This document shows positions 55,408 to 64,000 of a DNA stretch of 64,000 nucleotides, piece after piece. The notes beneath the pieces were generated by a model, which was given only the letters and a program-made list of their open reading frames with translations, did not search any database and was not told the origin of the DNA. Source of the stretch: an uncultured Cellvibrionaceae bacterium (lineage in GTDB: Bacteria; Pseudomonadota; Gammaproteobacteria; Pseudomonadales; Cellvibrionaceae); contig CAZJKJ010000001.1 in assembly GCA_964546435.1 (NCBI GenBank), positions 75,470 to 139,469 of the forward strand. Reading direction: 5' to 3'. Every line of letters begins with the position of its first letter. The stretch's first letter is position 1. The translations under genes were made by a program, and so were the position numbers.

Positions 55408-57804
55408 CTACACCACACGACGCAGAACAATCGCGCTGTGCTCGAATGTTACCGACGAAAACAGAATTAAAATGTGGCTAACCTTATCACCAGACACTTT
55501 CGATGTCGGACGCCAAAGCGCATTGCCGGTAATAGATGCTTTCCAGTAGTCCTGACCATTCAATATAGCGGCACCATAGCTCAACATTTGTGGAAAAATC
55601 GCGGAGGGTGCGTATCCATGGTGCATCGCCACCGACGTCAGGTCGGGCAATTTATCGGCAAAAATTCGATGAATTACTGAACGCTCGGCATCGAGGAATA
55701 AAGAAGTCCCTTGTCCAACGCCAATGACCAGATCGATGTCTTCGGGCTGTGTTCCGGAGTCAGCTAAGGCGCTTTTTGCAATGCGCTCCAAGCACCGGCC
55801 GTCCAGATCGAGAGTGTGGCCTAGCCCATCCTGAGCGGTGGCAATGCTTACAACCTCGGCAAGCTTCCTTCCCTCCCGTCGGTCAATTGCTTGGCCGGAT
55901 TCCAGCATCAATACATTTGCGCCTTCGTTCAAAAAGAATCCCGGTACAGGACTGCCTGATTCGAAACGCCCGAGTACCCCTAACTGATCGCACACTTGCA
56001 AAACCATGGGACTCAGTTCATCCGTCGAAAAAGCGAAAATTCTTTCCTGACGTCTTAAGGAAACCATATCGCATGCGAATTTAACTGCCCCTACTGGTCC
56101 GCATAGAGTGGTATTGAACCCTTTAATGCCAAAATGTATGGATACTTCGCCCGCAGCTGCGTTTAAAGTAGTCAATGGAAACTGCGTCGAACTGGCATAT
56201 GCCAAGCCGTCTTTCATAATTGAACGCATGTATTTCTCAAGAGCATTTTGTGCGCCGTGAAGCAGGCCAGCAACCAGCCCCGTTTCATAACGCTTCTCCT
56301 GCATGAGCGACGCTAAGTCAAAATGTGTAATTGCATCCTGAACTGCTTCTACCGCAAATCTAATACTTGGCGAAGAGCGGCGCGAATTTCTTGCTCCTCG
56401 GCCTATCGCTTTTTCAACAGTACCGACAAAGGTATGCAGTGCATTATCATTTTCTTCAATGACGACTCCATTGTCTAACGATGCGAGCCATGCATTACCA
56501 CCCAATGCATTAGCCGAATAGTTTCCGAAGGCGCTGATGTAGACCTTTTCCTGATCCGGCTGTCGCCCATTGCGCCTTCCACTCGCTCGGGAAACTACCA
56601 GCGACGAGTTGTTTCCACCAAAGCCGTAATTATTACAGAGGAACGTAGACACATCCGCCGGGCACGGGTCACTGCCGACATAATTAAGATGAGCGCAGCC
56701 GGGCCTAACGTTTTTAAAGTTAGCCGTGGGTGGCAAGAATCCCTTCTCTGTGTTAAGCAGGGTAATGATCAATTCGATCACCCCACTGGCACCCAATGTG
56801 TGCCCGACTATGGACTTGGCACTACTAACAGGTACCTCTCGGCCAAAAATTCGCTCCATAGCCAAGGATTCTGCAACATCGTTACTGTCCGTTCCAGTGC
56901 CGTGCGCGGAAATGTAATCGATATCCTTCGGCTCAATACCGGCATCTTTTATTGCGTTCTGAATTGCCGCTGCAATTCCTTCGCCGGTCTCGTCTACAGA
57001 AGTTGCATGAAATGCATCACTCGATAACGCGTAGCCTATTATTTCACCACGGTGAGAGATACCGCGCGACTTGCACGCAGCGTGTTGTTCTAGAATGACG
57101 ACGCCGGCTCCCTCTCCCAATGTAATTCCCGATGGCTCGGAAAAGGGCGCAGCGACTTCTTCGCTCAGTACCTTGAGACTGTTAAACCCGGCTACGATGC
57201 TTTCCGATACGGTATCAGTTCCCACCACTATAACGGTATCTGCCTGGCCCGTTAATATCAGATCGTGGCCGTAACCGACCGCAGTGTTACTTGAAGAGCA
57301 CGCGGAAGAAATGGTAATCTTTATGCCTGTTAATCCGAGATATTGACATACTTTCGTCGCGACATGGTCAGTAAGTGCTGCGAAAAAATCAGCAGCTTCC
57401 AAGCTTACAGCGTTGCCAGAGTTAACTGCCTTGAATATTTTCTCTACGTGCTGTATTCCGCTATGAGAAGTGCCGACAACTACGGCCGTTCTGCTAGAAT
57501 TGATGCTTTCCTTTTTCAAATTCGCGTTCGCTAACGCCTCATCCAAAGATTTAATCGTGAACCAAACTCCACGATCCGTCCCCGCTATTATCTCCGACCC
57601 GAGATCGAATGTGTCAGACCAGGAAAACTCGGATATTCTATCGCCCAGCAGCTTGCTGGCATCATAATTTACGGCCGGAGCAACGCTACTTTCCTTTCTT
57701 AACACGGCTTCACATAATGCTTCGGAATTTCTCCCAAGCGGAGTAAAAACCCCAATACCGGAGATTACGACTGCACTTTTTTTTTGGTTTATCTTGTTCA
57801 TCAT
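55408..57804 (-). CDS. fused beta-ketoacyl synthase plus chain-length-factor-like domain (KS-CLF)
   Basis: N-terminal half: VISGIGVFTPLG, ITISSACSSSNTAVG, ISAHGTGTDSND, KSIVGHTLGASG and NNYGFGGNNSSLVV. The C-terminal half of about 380 aa is KS-like without the Cys/His/His residues. Confidence 0.85.
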   Translation of the reverse strand: MMNKINQKKSAVVISGIGVFTPLGRNSEALCEAVLRKESSVAPAVNYDASKLLGDRISEFSWSDTFDLGSEIIAGTDRGVWFTIKSLDEALANANLKKESINSSRTAVVVGTSHSGIQHVEKIFKAVNSGNAVSLEAADFFAALTDHVATKVCQYLGLTGIKITISSACSSSNTAVGYGHDLILTGQADTVIVVGTDTVSESIVAGFNSLKVLSEEVAAPFSEPSGITLGEGAGVVILEQHAACKSRGISHRGEIIGYALSSDAFHATSVDETGEGIAAAIQNAIKDAGIEPKDIDYISAHGTGTDSNDVAESLAMERIFGREVPVSSAKSIVGHTLGASGVIELIITLLNTEKGFLPPTANFKNVRPGCAHLNYVGSDPCPADVSTFLCNNYGFGGNNSSLVVSRASGRRNGRQPDQEKVYISAFGNYSANALGGNAWLASLDNGVVIEENDNALHTFVGTVEKAIGRGARNSRRSSPSIRFAVEAVQDAITHFDLASLMQEKRYETGLVAGLLHGAQNALEKYMRSIMKDGLAYASSTQFPLTTLNAAAGEVSIHFGIKGFNTTLCGPVGAVKFACDMVSLRRQERIFAFSTDELSPMVLQVCDQLGVLGRFESGSPVPGFFLNEGANVLMLESGQAIDRREGRKLAEVVSIATAQDGLGHTLDLDGRCLERIAKSALADSGTQPEDIDLVIGVGQGTSLFLDAERSVIHRIFADKLPDLTSVAMHHGYAPSAIFPQMLSYGAAILNGQDYWKASITGNALWRPTSKVSGDKVSHILILFSSVTFEHSAIVLRRVV

Positions 57805-57812
57805 TGTTACGC

Positions 57813-58565
57813 CTAACGTAATTGACCGCCATCAACCTTGATTGTGGTTGCCTGAACATAACCAGGCGCAAGTAAGCTCAGCACGACTCTCGCCACATCG
57901 GCTACCTTACCCATATTCCCTGTCGATGTACTGTTCAGCGTGTGAGCAAACATTTTTGAATCAAGCTCAGTGACCATATCCGTCTCAATAAAACCTGGAG
58001 CCACCGCATTAACCTGAAGCCCCCGATCAGAGAATCGCCGACCAAGTAGCTGGCAATAGCCAATTAATCCTCCCTTGGTAGTAGAATAAGGAACCTGCCC
58101 TTCTTTCCCATATACACCGGCGGCTGACGAAATCAGGACAACAGCCGGCTTGTCGGCGCGCAGCAAGCATTCCATTAATCTTTCGGTAAGGTACATGCTG
58201 CCGGAGAGATTCGTTCTAATCAGACTATGGACTCTTTCGTCATCCATCATCAAGAATGAACCATCGTCAGCCATTCCAGCGTTATTGATAAGTCCATCAA
58301 TCCGTTCATATCTCTGCACGATGGTCGACACAAAATGATCGATCGATTCCCTGTCAGATAGATCCAAGCGTTGCACATCGCAATCAACGCCCTGCTGCAT
58401 CAAGTCAGCCTTTAATCGATCGGCGTCGTCCATCCGACTCCGGTAGGTTGCGATGACGCGTAGTTCTCTCGGATCGATACCGGCATGCACGTCTCCTGCA
58501 CTGAGCGCGTCAACTATCGCTCTACCGATGCCCCGGGTCCCACCTGTAACAACGACGGTTTTCAT
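57813..58565 (-). CDS. 3-oxoacyl-ACP reductase (SDR)
   Basis: VVVTGGTRGIGRAI, NNAGM and YSTTKGG (YxxxK). Confidence 0.85.
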   Translation of the reverse strand: MKTVVVTGGTRGIGRAIVDALSAGDVHAGIDPRELRVIATYRSRMDDADRLKADLMQQGVDCDVQRLDLSDRESIDHFVSTIVQRYERIDGLINNAGMADDGSFLMMDDERVHSLIRTNLSGSMYLTERLMECLLRADKPAVVLISSAAGVYGKEGQVPYSTTKGGLIGYCQLLGRRFSDRGLQVNAVAPGFIETDMVTELDSKMFAHTLNSTSTGNMGKVADVARVVLSLLAPGYVQATTIKVDGGQLR

Positions 58566-58573
58566 AGTGATCC

Positions 58574-59245
58574 CTATATATTATGCTCAATTATTCCCGT
58601 ACCAACCGGGATCACTACGCCGGAAGTATGCGAATTCCCTAGCTCTGAATACATATGGATTACCCGGCATATGCTATCGACAGGCTGTGGCCGATACTTC
58701 ATGGCGTATATCTTCATATTATTTTTCGAGCCACGCCATATTTCATTATCAAACTGCTCTTTGGGCGGATGAACTAGAAAGACATTTACCGATATCTCAA
58801 ACCTGTGGACTTCCTTTGCCAAGCTCCGAACAGCCGCAATTAGCGCATTATTGATGACAGGATTGGCTCCGCACGCCAAACTGAACTCGACGCTATGATC
58901 CATGCATATGACCCATATACCCCCGCCATTACTACGGGAAAGGTGTTGGCAACCGTACCTCATAGCCTTTAATAGTTCACAGATCTTCGATTCAATATCA
59001 TTAATCGCCGTTAAAGGATCTTCAGTAAAAGCATTGATTTCGTCAAACCCGTCTATCGTGTTAATAAAGATATTCTGATAGTACCGTCCCATGTCACTGG
59101 CATTTTCAAAGTGCTTTCGCATTTCGTCGCTACCGTTCGGGGTAAGGTTCAATGGCAAAGAATCTAAAGTGTGATCACTAGCGACTAGTCTGGTCGCTAA
59201 GGAATTAGCTATCAAGCCATTGTTATTAATGATTAAATCTCTCAT
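58574..59245 (-). CDS. SDR-like protein with degenerate cofactor and catalytic motifs
   Basis: Length and position are SDR-like, but the N-terminus reads LIINNNGLIANSL instead of TGxxxGxG, and no clear YxxxK is present. Confidence 0.45.
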   Translation of the reverse strand: MRDLIINNNGLIANSLATRLVASDHTLDSLPLNLTPNGSDEMRKHFENASDMGRYYQNIFINTIDGFDEINAFTEDPLTAINDIESKICELLKAMRYGCQHLSRSNGGGIWVICMDHSVEFSLACGANPVINNALIAAVRSLAKEVHRFEISVNVFLVHPPKEQFDNEIWRGSKNNMKIYAMKYRPQPVDSICRVIHMYSELGNSHTSGVVIPVGTGIIEHNI

Positions 59246-59257
59246 TTCGATGTCCGC

Positions 59258-59557
59258 TTATGCTTCGGCGGCTTTCGTGGATCGTTCAATCACCATATCC
59301 ACCAAGGTCGAAATCGATCGGCATTTTTCTGAAATGTAATTGCTGTCAATTGACATCGCTCTAAATCCGTATTCTTTTTCAATACCCACTATAAGATCCA
59401 GCATATCGACGGAATCAAGATCCAATCCACCGTCTCCCATAATCAGGGTATCCTCGTTAAAGTCTTCTTCCGAATAGCCATCATCTTCAAGCTCCAATCG
59501 GTCTAGCAGTATCCGGTTAACTATAAAACTCACCACCTCGGCTCGGTCTGCATTCAT
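59258..59557 (-). CDS. acyl carrier protein
   Basis: 99 aa, acidic, with phosphopantetheine site GGLDLDSVDMLDLIV. Confidence 0.8.
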   Translation of the reverse strand: MNADRAEVVSFIVNRILLDRLELEDDGYSEEDFNEDTLIMGDGGLDLDSVDMLDLIVGIEKEYGFRAMSIDSNYISEKCRSISTLVDMVIERSTKAAEA

Positions 59558-59606
59558 TTTTTCATCATCTCCATTTTTTATGTTTTAACATCTGGCCTTA
59601 CAACCA

Positions 59607-60107
59607 TTAACTGTGCGGCGGGTTGTTATTAGCTTGGACAGCCAAAGGGGCCGACACAGCAGCCGCTTGATAAAGGGTTAATGTTGCCTTGGCAATGCGC
59701 TCCCCACGGCACCATGATACGCATGAAAATGTACAGAACCGCGAGACTTCAACCGGGCCATCATCGATATCATGTTTCGGCGTCGCCTCAATAATCACTA
59801 TATCTTTGGGTCTCACTGGCTTTATGAATTTTGCACGATCAATTGATGCGATAAATCCTTCTGCTTTACTACCCACACGTTTGTTTAACCATGCCCGACA
59901 GCATTGCGCCATGCTCTCAACCAGGATGACACCTGGAACCAATGGATCTCCCGGAAAGTGCCCCTTAAAGAACTCTTCGTCCCCGCTGTAGTGCTTCATT
60001 CCTCTGACCACCGTGTCTGCGTCTAGGAATGCTACTTCATCGATAAAACGAAAAGGATCTGATTGTCGCAGATACGCGTCTAAATCTATCGACTGCAATT
60101 TACTCAC
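59607..60107 (-). CDS. 3-hydroxyacyl-ACP dehydratase (FabZ/FabA-like hotdog)
   Basis: FRFIDEV...HFPGDPLVPGVILVESMAQ is the canonical FabZ active-site region. Confidence 0.8.
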   Translation of the reverse strand: MSKLQSIDLDAYLRQSDPFRFIDEVAFLDADTVVRGMKHYSGDEEFFKGHFPGDPLVPGVILVESMAQCCRAWLNKRVGSKAEGFIASIDRAKFIKPVRPKDIVIIEATPKHDIDDGPVEVSRFCTFSCVSWCRGERIAKATLTLYQAAAVSAPLAVQANNNPPHS

Positions 60108-60561
60108 CAGTAAATATGTTGATTATTCCGCTAGCAATATTGACTGTTTGCGCAAAAATACTAAATTCAAAGCTGTACATTGGGCTGCGACATTCAATAA
60201 TTCTCGATTCAACCATAATCGGATATGTCGCACCCGCGAGGTCTTTCATCGTCACGTCTCTGAAAGAGGAAATAACGCCACGCCCCCCACGCTTTCTATC
60301 TGCGATTAGGATACCGGATGCCTGTGCCGCAAATTCGAGAATAACGTAACCTTCCACATTGCGGTCGGCAATAAAATGATGAGGAAGCAGTCCACCGCAA
60401 AATTCCGCCACAATCTTATCATTGTCAAGACTAATAATATGGTCAACAAATTGAAATGGCGGCTTTTGCGCCAGAGAGAACACGCTGCGCCTTAAGGCTC
60501 CTTCTCTATGACCCGGCGGCCTTATTTTCAGTTCTACATGTTCAGCAACATTCGAATTCAT
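60100..60561 (-). CDS. hotdog-fold dehydratase-like protein (second, divergent)
   Basis: FQFVDHIISLD...GYVILEFAAQASG resembles the FabZ-like fold but lacks the HxxxxPxxPG motif. It overlaps both neighbours. Confidence 0.5.
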   Translation of the reverse strand: MNSNVAEHVELKIRPPGHREGALRRSVFSLAQKPPFQFVDHIISLDNDKIVAEFCGGLLPHHFIADRNVEGYVILEFAAQASGILIADRKRGGRGVISSFRDVTMKDLAGATYPIMVESRIIECRSPMYSFEFSIFAQTVNIASGIINIFTGE

Positions 60562-61379
60562 AATCTTTTGAAACCATTTTTGGTAAACATGGAATCGGGA
60601 TGATTGTCCTTTCTAAATTCGTGCATTCTTATCCAGATCACCATTTCTTTTTTGAGCGCATCTTTAATCTTGATCTTTTCCATTTTTACCTGGCCGCCGT
60701 ACTCACTAAACGAAACATACTCAATTGTCTTTAGGAGCCGGCCAGATCGGGTATAATGCTTGGTTATCACTGGACGCTGGCTACGCAAATCATACTGCAC
60801 ATCGATTTTCGCATATGTTGCATCACCTTCCTTGCTAGTCAATTCCATAAATAGCAGATCGCCTTCCTGGTCAATTTCCTGACGAGTCACCTGGTAGTCA
60901 TGAATATAAGAGGTATTTAAAACGTCCGCGATCGATGCCTGTCCAAAAACCTTTTGTAATGGCGCAATCCTGATCACATTAACGCTGCTTGGAAGATACA
61001 GCCACATATCTGTATCTCGCACTAGAGTGCGCCTCCCTTTTTGATCCTCTGGTGACAGTATTTCAATGACGGAGTAGCCCTTTTCGCTCACCTTTATCGA
61101 AAGCCAGTGCGTCGCAACAACGTCTTCACCTTCGACGGTGATTACCTCCGACATGAAGGAAAAGCCGGAATCCCTGAAGCCGCGCAAATACTCCATGTTT
61201 CTGATAGCTTCGGTGACCTGAGTCGACAGATCCTCTACGCTCGTACCTACTTTTCTGGGTTGAAGGCTCTCTTCCTGAACCACTGTCTCGGCAACGGAAT
61301 TTGAAGAGACAGTCTGGCCAAAGATAAGACCGGTCATCAAAGCGCTCGATAAAATTTTTCGCATAAACAAGCCTTCCAA
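60558..61379 (-). CDS. LolA-like outer-membrane lipoprotein-sorting protein family
   Basis: Signal peptide, then MWLYLPSSVNVIRIAPLQKVFGQASIADV. This is the same family motif as the protein at 23586-24452. Confidence 0.7.
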   Translation of the reverse strand: MEGLFMRKILSSALMTGLIFGQTVSSNSVAETVVQEESLQPRKVGTSVEDLSTQVTEAIRNMEYLRGFRDSGFSFMSEVITVEGEDVVATHWLSIKVSEKGYSVIEILSPEDQKGRRTLVRDTDMWLYLPSSVNVIRIAPLQKVFGQASIADVLNTSYIHDYQVTRQEIDQEGDLLFMELTSKEGDATYAKIDVQYDLRSQRPVITKHYTRSGRLLKTIEYVSFSEYGGQVKMEKIKIKDALKKEMVIWIRMHEFRKDNHPDSMFTKNGFKRL

Positions 61380-61381
61380 CC

Positions 61382-62605
61382 TCAGCGCTGTATAGATTCA
61401 TTTATAGGAAGACTACCTGCCCGTAAGGCAGGAAGAAGCCCACCCACCAGGGTGGCTCCCAGTGTCAGCACCGCCGGATACCATACTACACTGTGATCTA
61501 GCAGAATTCTTAATGGATAGGAAAAAGTGGAACCGGGAGGTTTCGGCATAGAAATTTCTGCATAATTGACCGCGACCGACACCAAAACTCCTCCGAGTAC
61601 TCCTATAGCCACTCCAACTAAACCCACGACTATGCCTTCCGCGATTATTAACAGTATGACTTCTCTACTGGAGCATCCCAGTGCTCTAATCGTCGAGAGT
61701 TCCGATACCCTTTCCATTACCCCCATTGTCATGGTATTTACTATCGCTGCAAAAACCACAATAACGACCAGGGCTGTGACGAAACCGAAGATGTTGTCAA
61801 ACATTCTCACGATCTGGTGATACTGTTCTGACATGTCAGACCAAGATTTCACAGTAAGAGTACTGCTTACTTTTCCTGTCGCGTCTTCAATGCGGGTACC
61901 GCTCTCGGCGGACAGCTTCTCCTCATCCGCTAAGACGACGAGGTTGGTGATATCATCGTTATAAAGTACTTCATTCATAATCGGCAAATTGATCTTGATG
62001 AATCGCTTATTCAACTCTTTGATACCCGTATCCATGATACCAACGATAACGATGTCAACGGCGTTGATGGCGCCACTGCTAGTAGTGGTCAGGAACGTCA
62101 TTACATCTCCGAGTGAACCTCCAAGCTCCTCCATCAGTTCCTTCCCAATCAGCGCTCCTTCCGGACGTTCTGAAAACAGCCCCGTACCTTGTACTATTGA
62201 CACGGCTACGCTGACTTCAGCGTCTTCGTCGGCCTCGACTCCATAAGCCAAAACTCCTACTGATTTATCGCCGAACGATATCAGCCCTTGTGCTTCTATA
62301 CGGGGAGTCACGAGTTTTACTTCTTCGAGCTTTTCAATCTCTCTCTTTACCTCGTCAGCCAGGTCTTTGGCGATAAATCTTTTTGCGTACTCACTGCCGC
62401 CAGAACCGCTGTCTTGTACCTGGTAGTGTCCTAGTTGAGAATAAATGCTACCGAGACGTATGCCTTCGTACATTTGCGAGACATAGCCTCCAAACAAAAT
62501 CAGACTGATAGTTCCAATCGTAATTGCGCTGCAAGCGATCAGGTTTTTTCTCCAATCGCGCAGCACATTAAGAAGCACTAGTTTTGTGAAAAATAGAATG
62601 TACAT
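61382..62605 (-). CDS. ABC transporter permease, FtsX/LolC/LolE-like
   Basis: N-terminal TM, a periplasmic domain of about 220 aa, then three C-terminal TMs. The family-typical RALGCS region is present (STIRALGCSSREV). Confidence 0.8.
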   Translation of the reverse strand: MYILFFTKLVLLNVLRDWRKNLIACSAITIGTISLILFGGYVSQMYEGIRLGSIYSQLGHYQVQDSGSGGSEYAKRFIAKDLADEVKREIEKLEEVKLVTPRIEAQGLISFGDKSVGVLAYGVEADEDAEVSVAVSIVQGTGLFSERPEGALIGKELMEELGGSLGDVMTFLTTTSSGAINAVDIVIVGIMDTGIKELNKRFIKINLPIMNEVLYNDDITNLVVLADEEKLSAESGTRIEDATGKVSSTLTVKSWSDMSEQYHQIVRMFDNIFGFVTALVVIVVFAAIVNTMTMGVMERVSELSTIRALGCSSREVILLIIAEGIVVGLVGVAIGVLGGVLVSVAVNYAEISMPKPPGSTFSYPLRILLDHSVVWYPAVLTLGATLVGGLLPALRAGSLPINESIQR

Positions 62606-62675
62606 TGCTTTCTCAAATACCTGTGACAGTGAGCCCTAAGAAATAACTTGTAGTGGAGCGACAGACAGATACTAT

Positions 62676-63296
62676 TTACTTCGATTCTTTCGCTTTAATA
62701 CGTCCATACACTTCCTCTAAAGAGGAGCGAACCAATGCTTTAGTTTCATCATTTAGATTGTTAAACGCATCACTGCCTTTCACATACTCAAGATCTTCTT
62801 TGGCGATTAGAGTTCTATTGAGAAACTCAGGGGCTCGAAGGGATACAATGCCCCGATTCATCCGTGCAGTAATATTGTCCGGGTATTTACCGACAGCTTT
62901 ATCCAAGTAACGAAATCCCTTTGAAGCTAGCGTTCCCGCCTTGTTAACGTCTTGTGAGTGAAAGCCTGCCAAGCGTGCGTATAGAGCGCCCAATGTTGAC
63001 ATAAGCTCGGCTTCCATCAACACTCCAGTTCCGTCTTGCAGAGATTCGCCGTACGCCATTTTCTGCTCAACTTCACGAATCAAATCGGCGACTGTCTCCT
63101 CTTGTAAGTCGGCCGTTCTCAATGCACTACTAGCTTTTACCACCAATTCTCTAGTATTTTCCTGAAAATCCTCTGGGCTTTCATTCACCGCTTCGACGCT
63201 TGCTCTATCGGCATTTCTGGTTTCAGTTACAGCTGCCTTATCACTACAGGCAACCAGTCCCAACATTACGAAACCAATCATTATTATCTGCAACAT
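62676..63296 (-). CDS. lipoprotein, unknown function
   Basis: Lipobox MLGLVACS. The mature part looks helical. Confidence 0.5.
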   Translation of the reverse strand: MLQIIMIGFVMLGLVACSDKAAVTETRNADRASVEAVNESPEDFQENTRELVVKASSALRTADLQEETVADLIREVEQKMAYGESLQDGTGVLMEAELMSTLGALYARLAGFHSQDVNKAGTLASKGFRYLDKAVGKYPDNITARMNRGIVSLRAPEFLNRTLIAKEDLEYVKGSDAFNNLNDETKALVRSSLEEVYGRIKAKESK

Positions 63297-63423
63297 ACAT
63301 CCCCCATTTATAATACAGTTTCATGGATAACAGTCCCTGTCGCGATATTGAAAAGCAAGTAGATGAAGCACCGGCGCAGGAAAAACTACCGCAATAGTTT
63401 ACCGCTTAGTCCGGCGTAATATT

Positions 63424-64000
63424 TTAAACACCTTCGACTTTTCCATCCTTCACATGCACTTTCCTAATTCCGCTGTTCGATAGGTGTTGATCATGTGATG
63501 CAATTACAACCGTAACGCCCTTTTCGGCGTTTAATTTTCTTATCAATCCATAGACCAAATTCGAATTTTGACTGTCCAGATTTGCAGTTGGCTCGTCTGC
63601 GATTATCAGTTTCGGTGATTTTACAAAAGCGCGCGCTATAGATACCCTCTGCATTTGCCCACCTGAAAGTTGTTTCGGTCTTCGATTCGCATATTCTTCC
63701 ATACCAACTTCACGCAGAGCTGCAATAGATTTTTCTCTCGCCGATTTGTCTCGTAACATGTAAAGCGGATACATTACATTTTCCAACGCTGTCAGCGCCG
63801 CATGTAAATTGAAATGCTGGAAGACAATACCAATTTTGTTTCTTCTAATGGCAGCTAACTTACGGTCGCCAAGATTGGACACCACCGTGTTCTCGAAACG
63901 TATTTCACCTGACGTGGGGATATTTATAAGGCCAAGCATGCTCAACAAAGTACTCTTTCCACTACCACTCTGTCCTGTCAAGCAGACTAGCTCACCTTCC
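63424..64000 (-). CDS. ABC transporter ATP-binding protein (LolD/MacB-type), 5' end outside window
   Basis: Walker A GQSGSGKSTLL, signature LSGGQMQR and Walker B LIIADEPT. The frame stays open to the window edge. Confidence 0.85.
   Translation of the reverse strand, partial: EGELVCLTGQSGSGKSTLLSMLGLINIPTSGEIRFENTVVSNLGDRKLAAIRRNKIGIVFQHFNLHAALTALENVMYPLYMLRDKSAREKSIAALREVGMEEYANRRPKQLSGGQMQRVSIARAFVKSPKLIIADEPTANLDSQNSNLVYGLIRKLNAEKGVTVVIASHDQHLSNSGIRKVHVKDGKVEGV

Overview
This 64 kb window looks like a gammaproteobacterial chromosome. Identifications come from motifs read by eye and from remembered family sequences, since no searches were possible.

Nt 1-20.8 kb is a conserved core:
- a phosphoribosyltransferase 3' end and a small DUF1328 gene that the ORF track missed
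- LPS inner-core genes waaA, kdkA and a glycosyltransferase
- a TraT-like lipoprotein and a large VWA protein
- slyX, ycgN, ycgL, rnd, recR, ybaB, dnaX, then ffs (SRP RNA), serA, serC and ygiQ

Cluster A (nt 20967-35990) is a tightly packed 11-gene minus-strand operon of native-looking composition. It encodes an ACP with a CxxC..CxxC tail, two KS/KS-like pairs, two SDR reductases, a signal-peptide barrel candidate, a LolA-like protein and an MMPL/RND exporter. It also encodes a 963-aa fusion of a class-III PLP aminotransferase to a domain resembling cyanobacterial acyl-ACP reductase. I read this as a previously uncharacterised pathway for an ACP-built fatty or polyketide amine (amino lipid) plus its envelope export. 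It is the top candidate in the window.

After three core genes (an NAD(P)H oxidoreductase, rdgC, hrpB) come a group II intron-like RNA fragment, an asnB-like gene and a decayed IS5-family transposase.

Cluster B (about 44.3 kb to beyond 64 kb) is a visibly AT-richer island. It resembles aryl-polyene clusters but is non-canonical. It has an AMP-ligase, two ACPs, a KS-CLF fusion, KR, two hotdog dehydratases, a thioesterase and a 629-aa acyl-CoA dehydrogenase. It also has a KAS III-like enzyme, a GT2, an ABC-2 exporter, and a LolCDE-like ABC system with a LolA-like protein and a barrel candidate.

Other points: dnaX carries an E. coli-type A AAA AAG -1 frameshift cassette, and an orphan plus-strand terminator lies between serC and serA. 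I saw no CRISPR array and no tRNA or rRNA.
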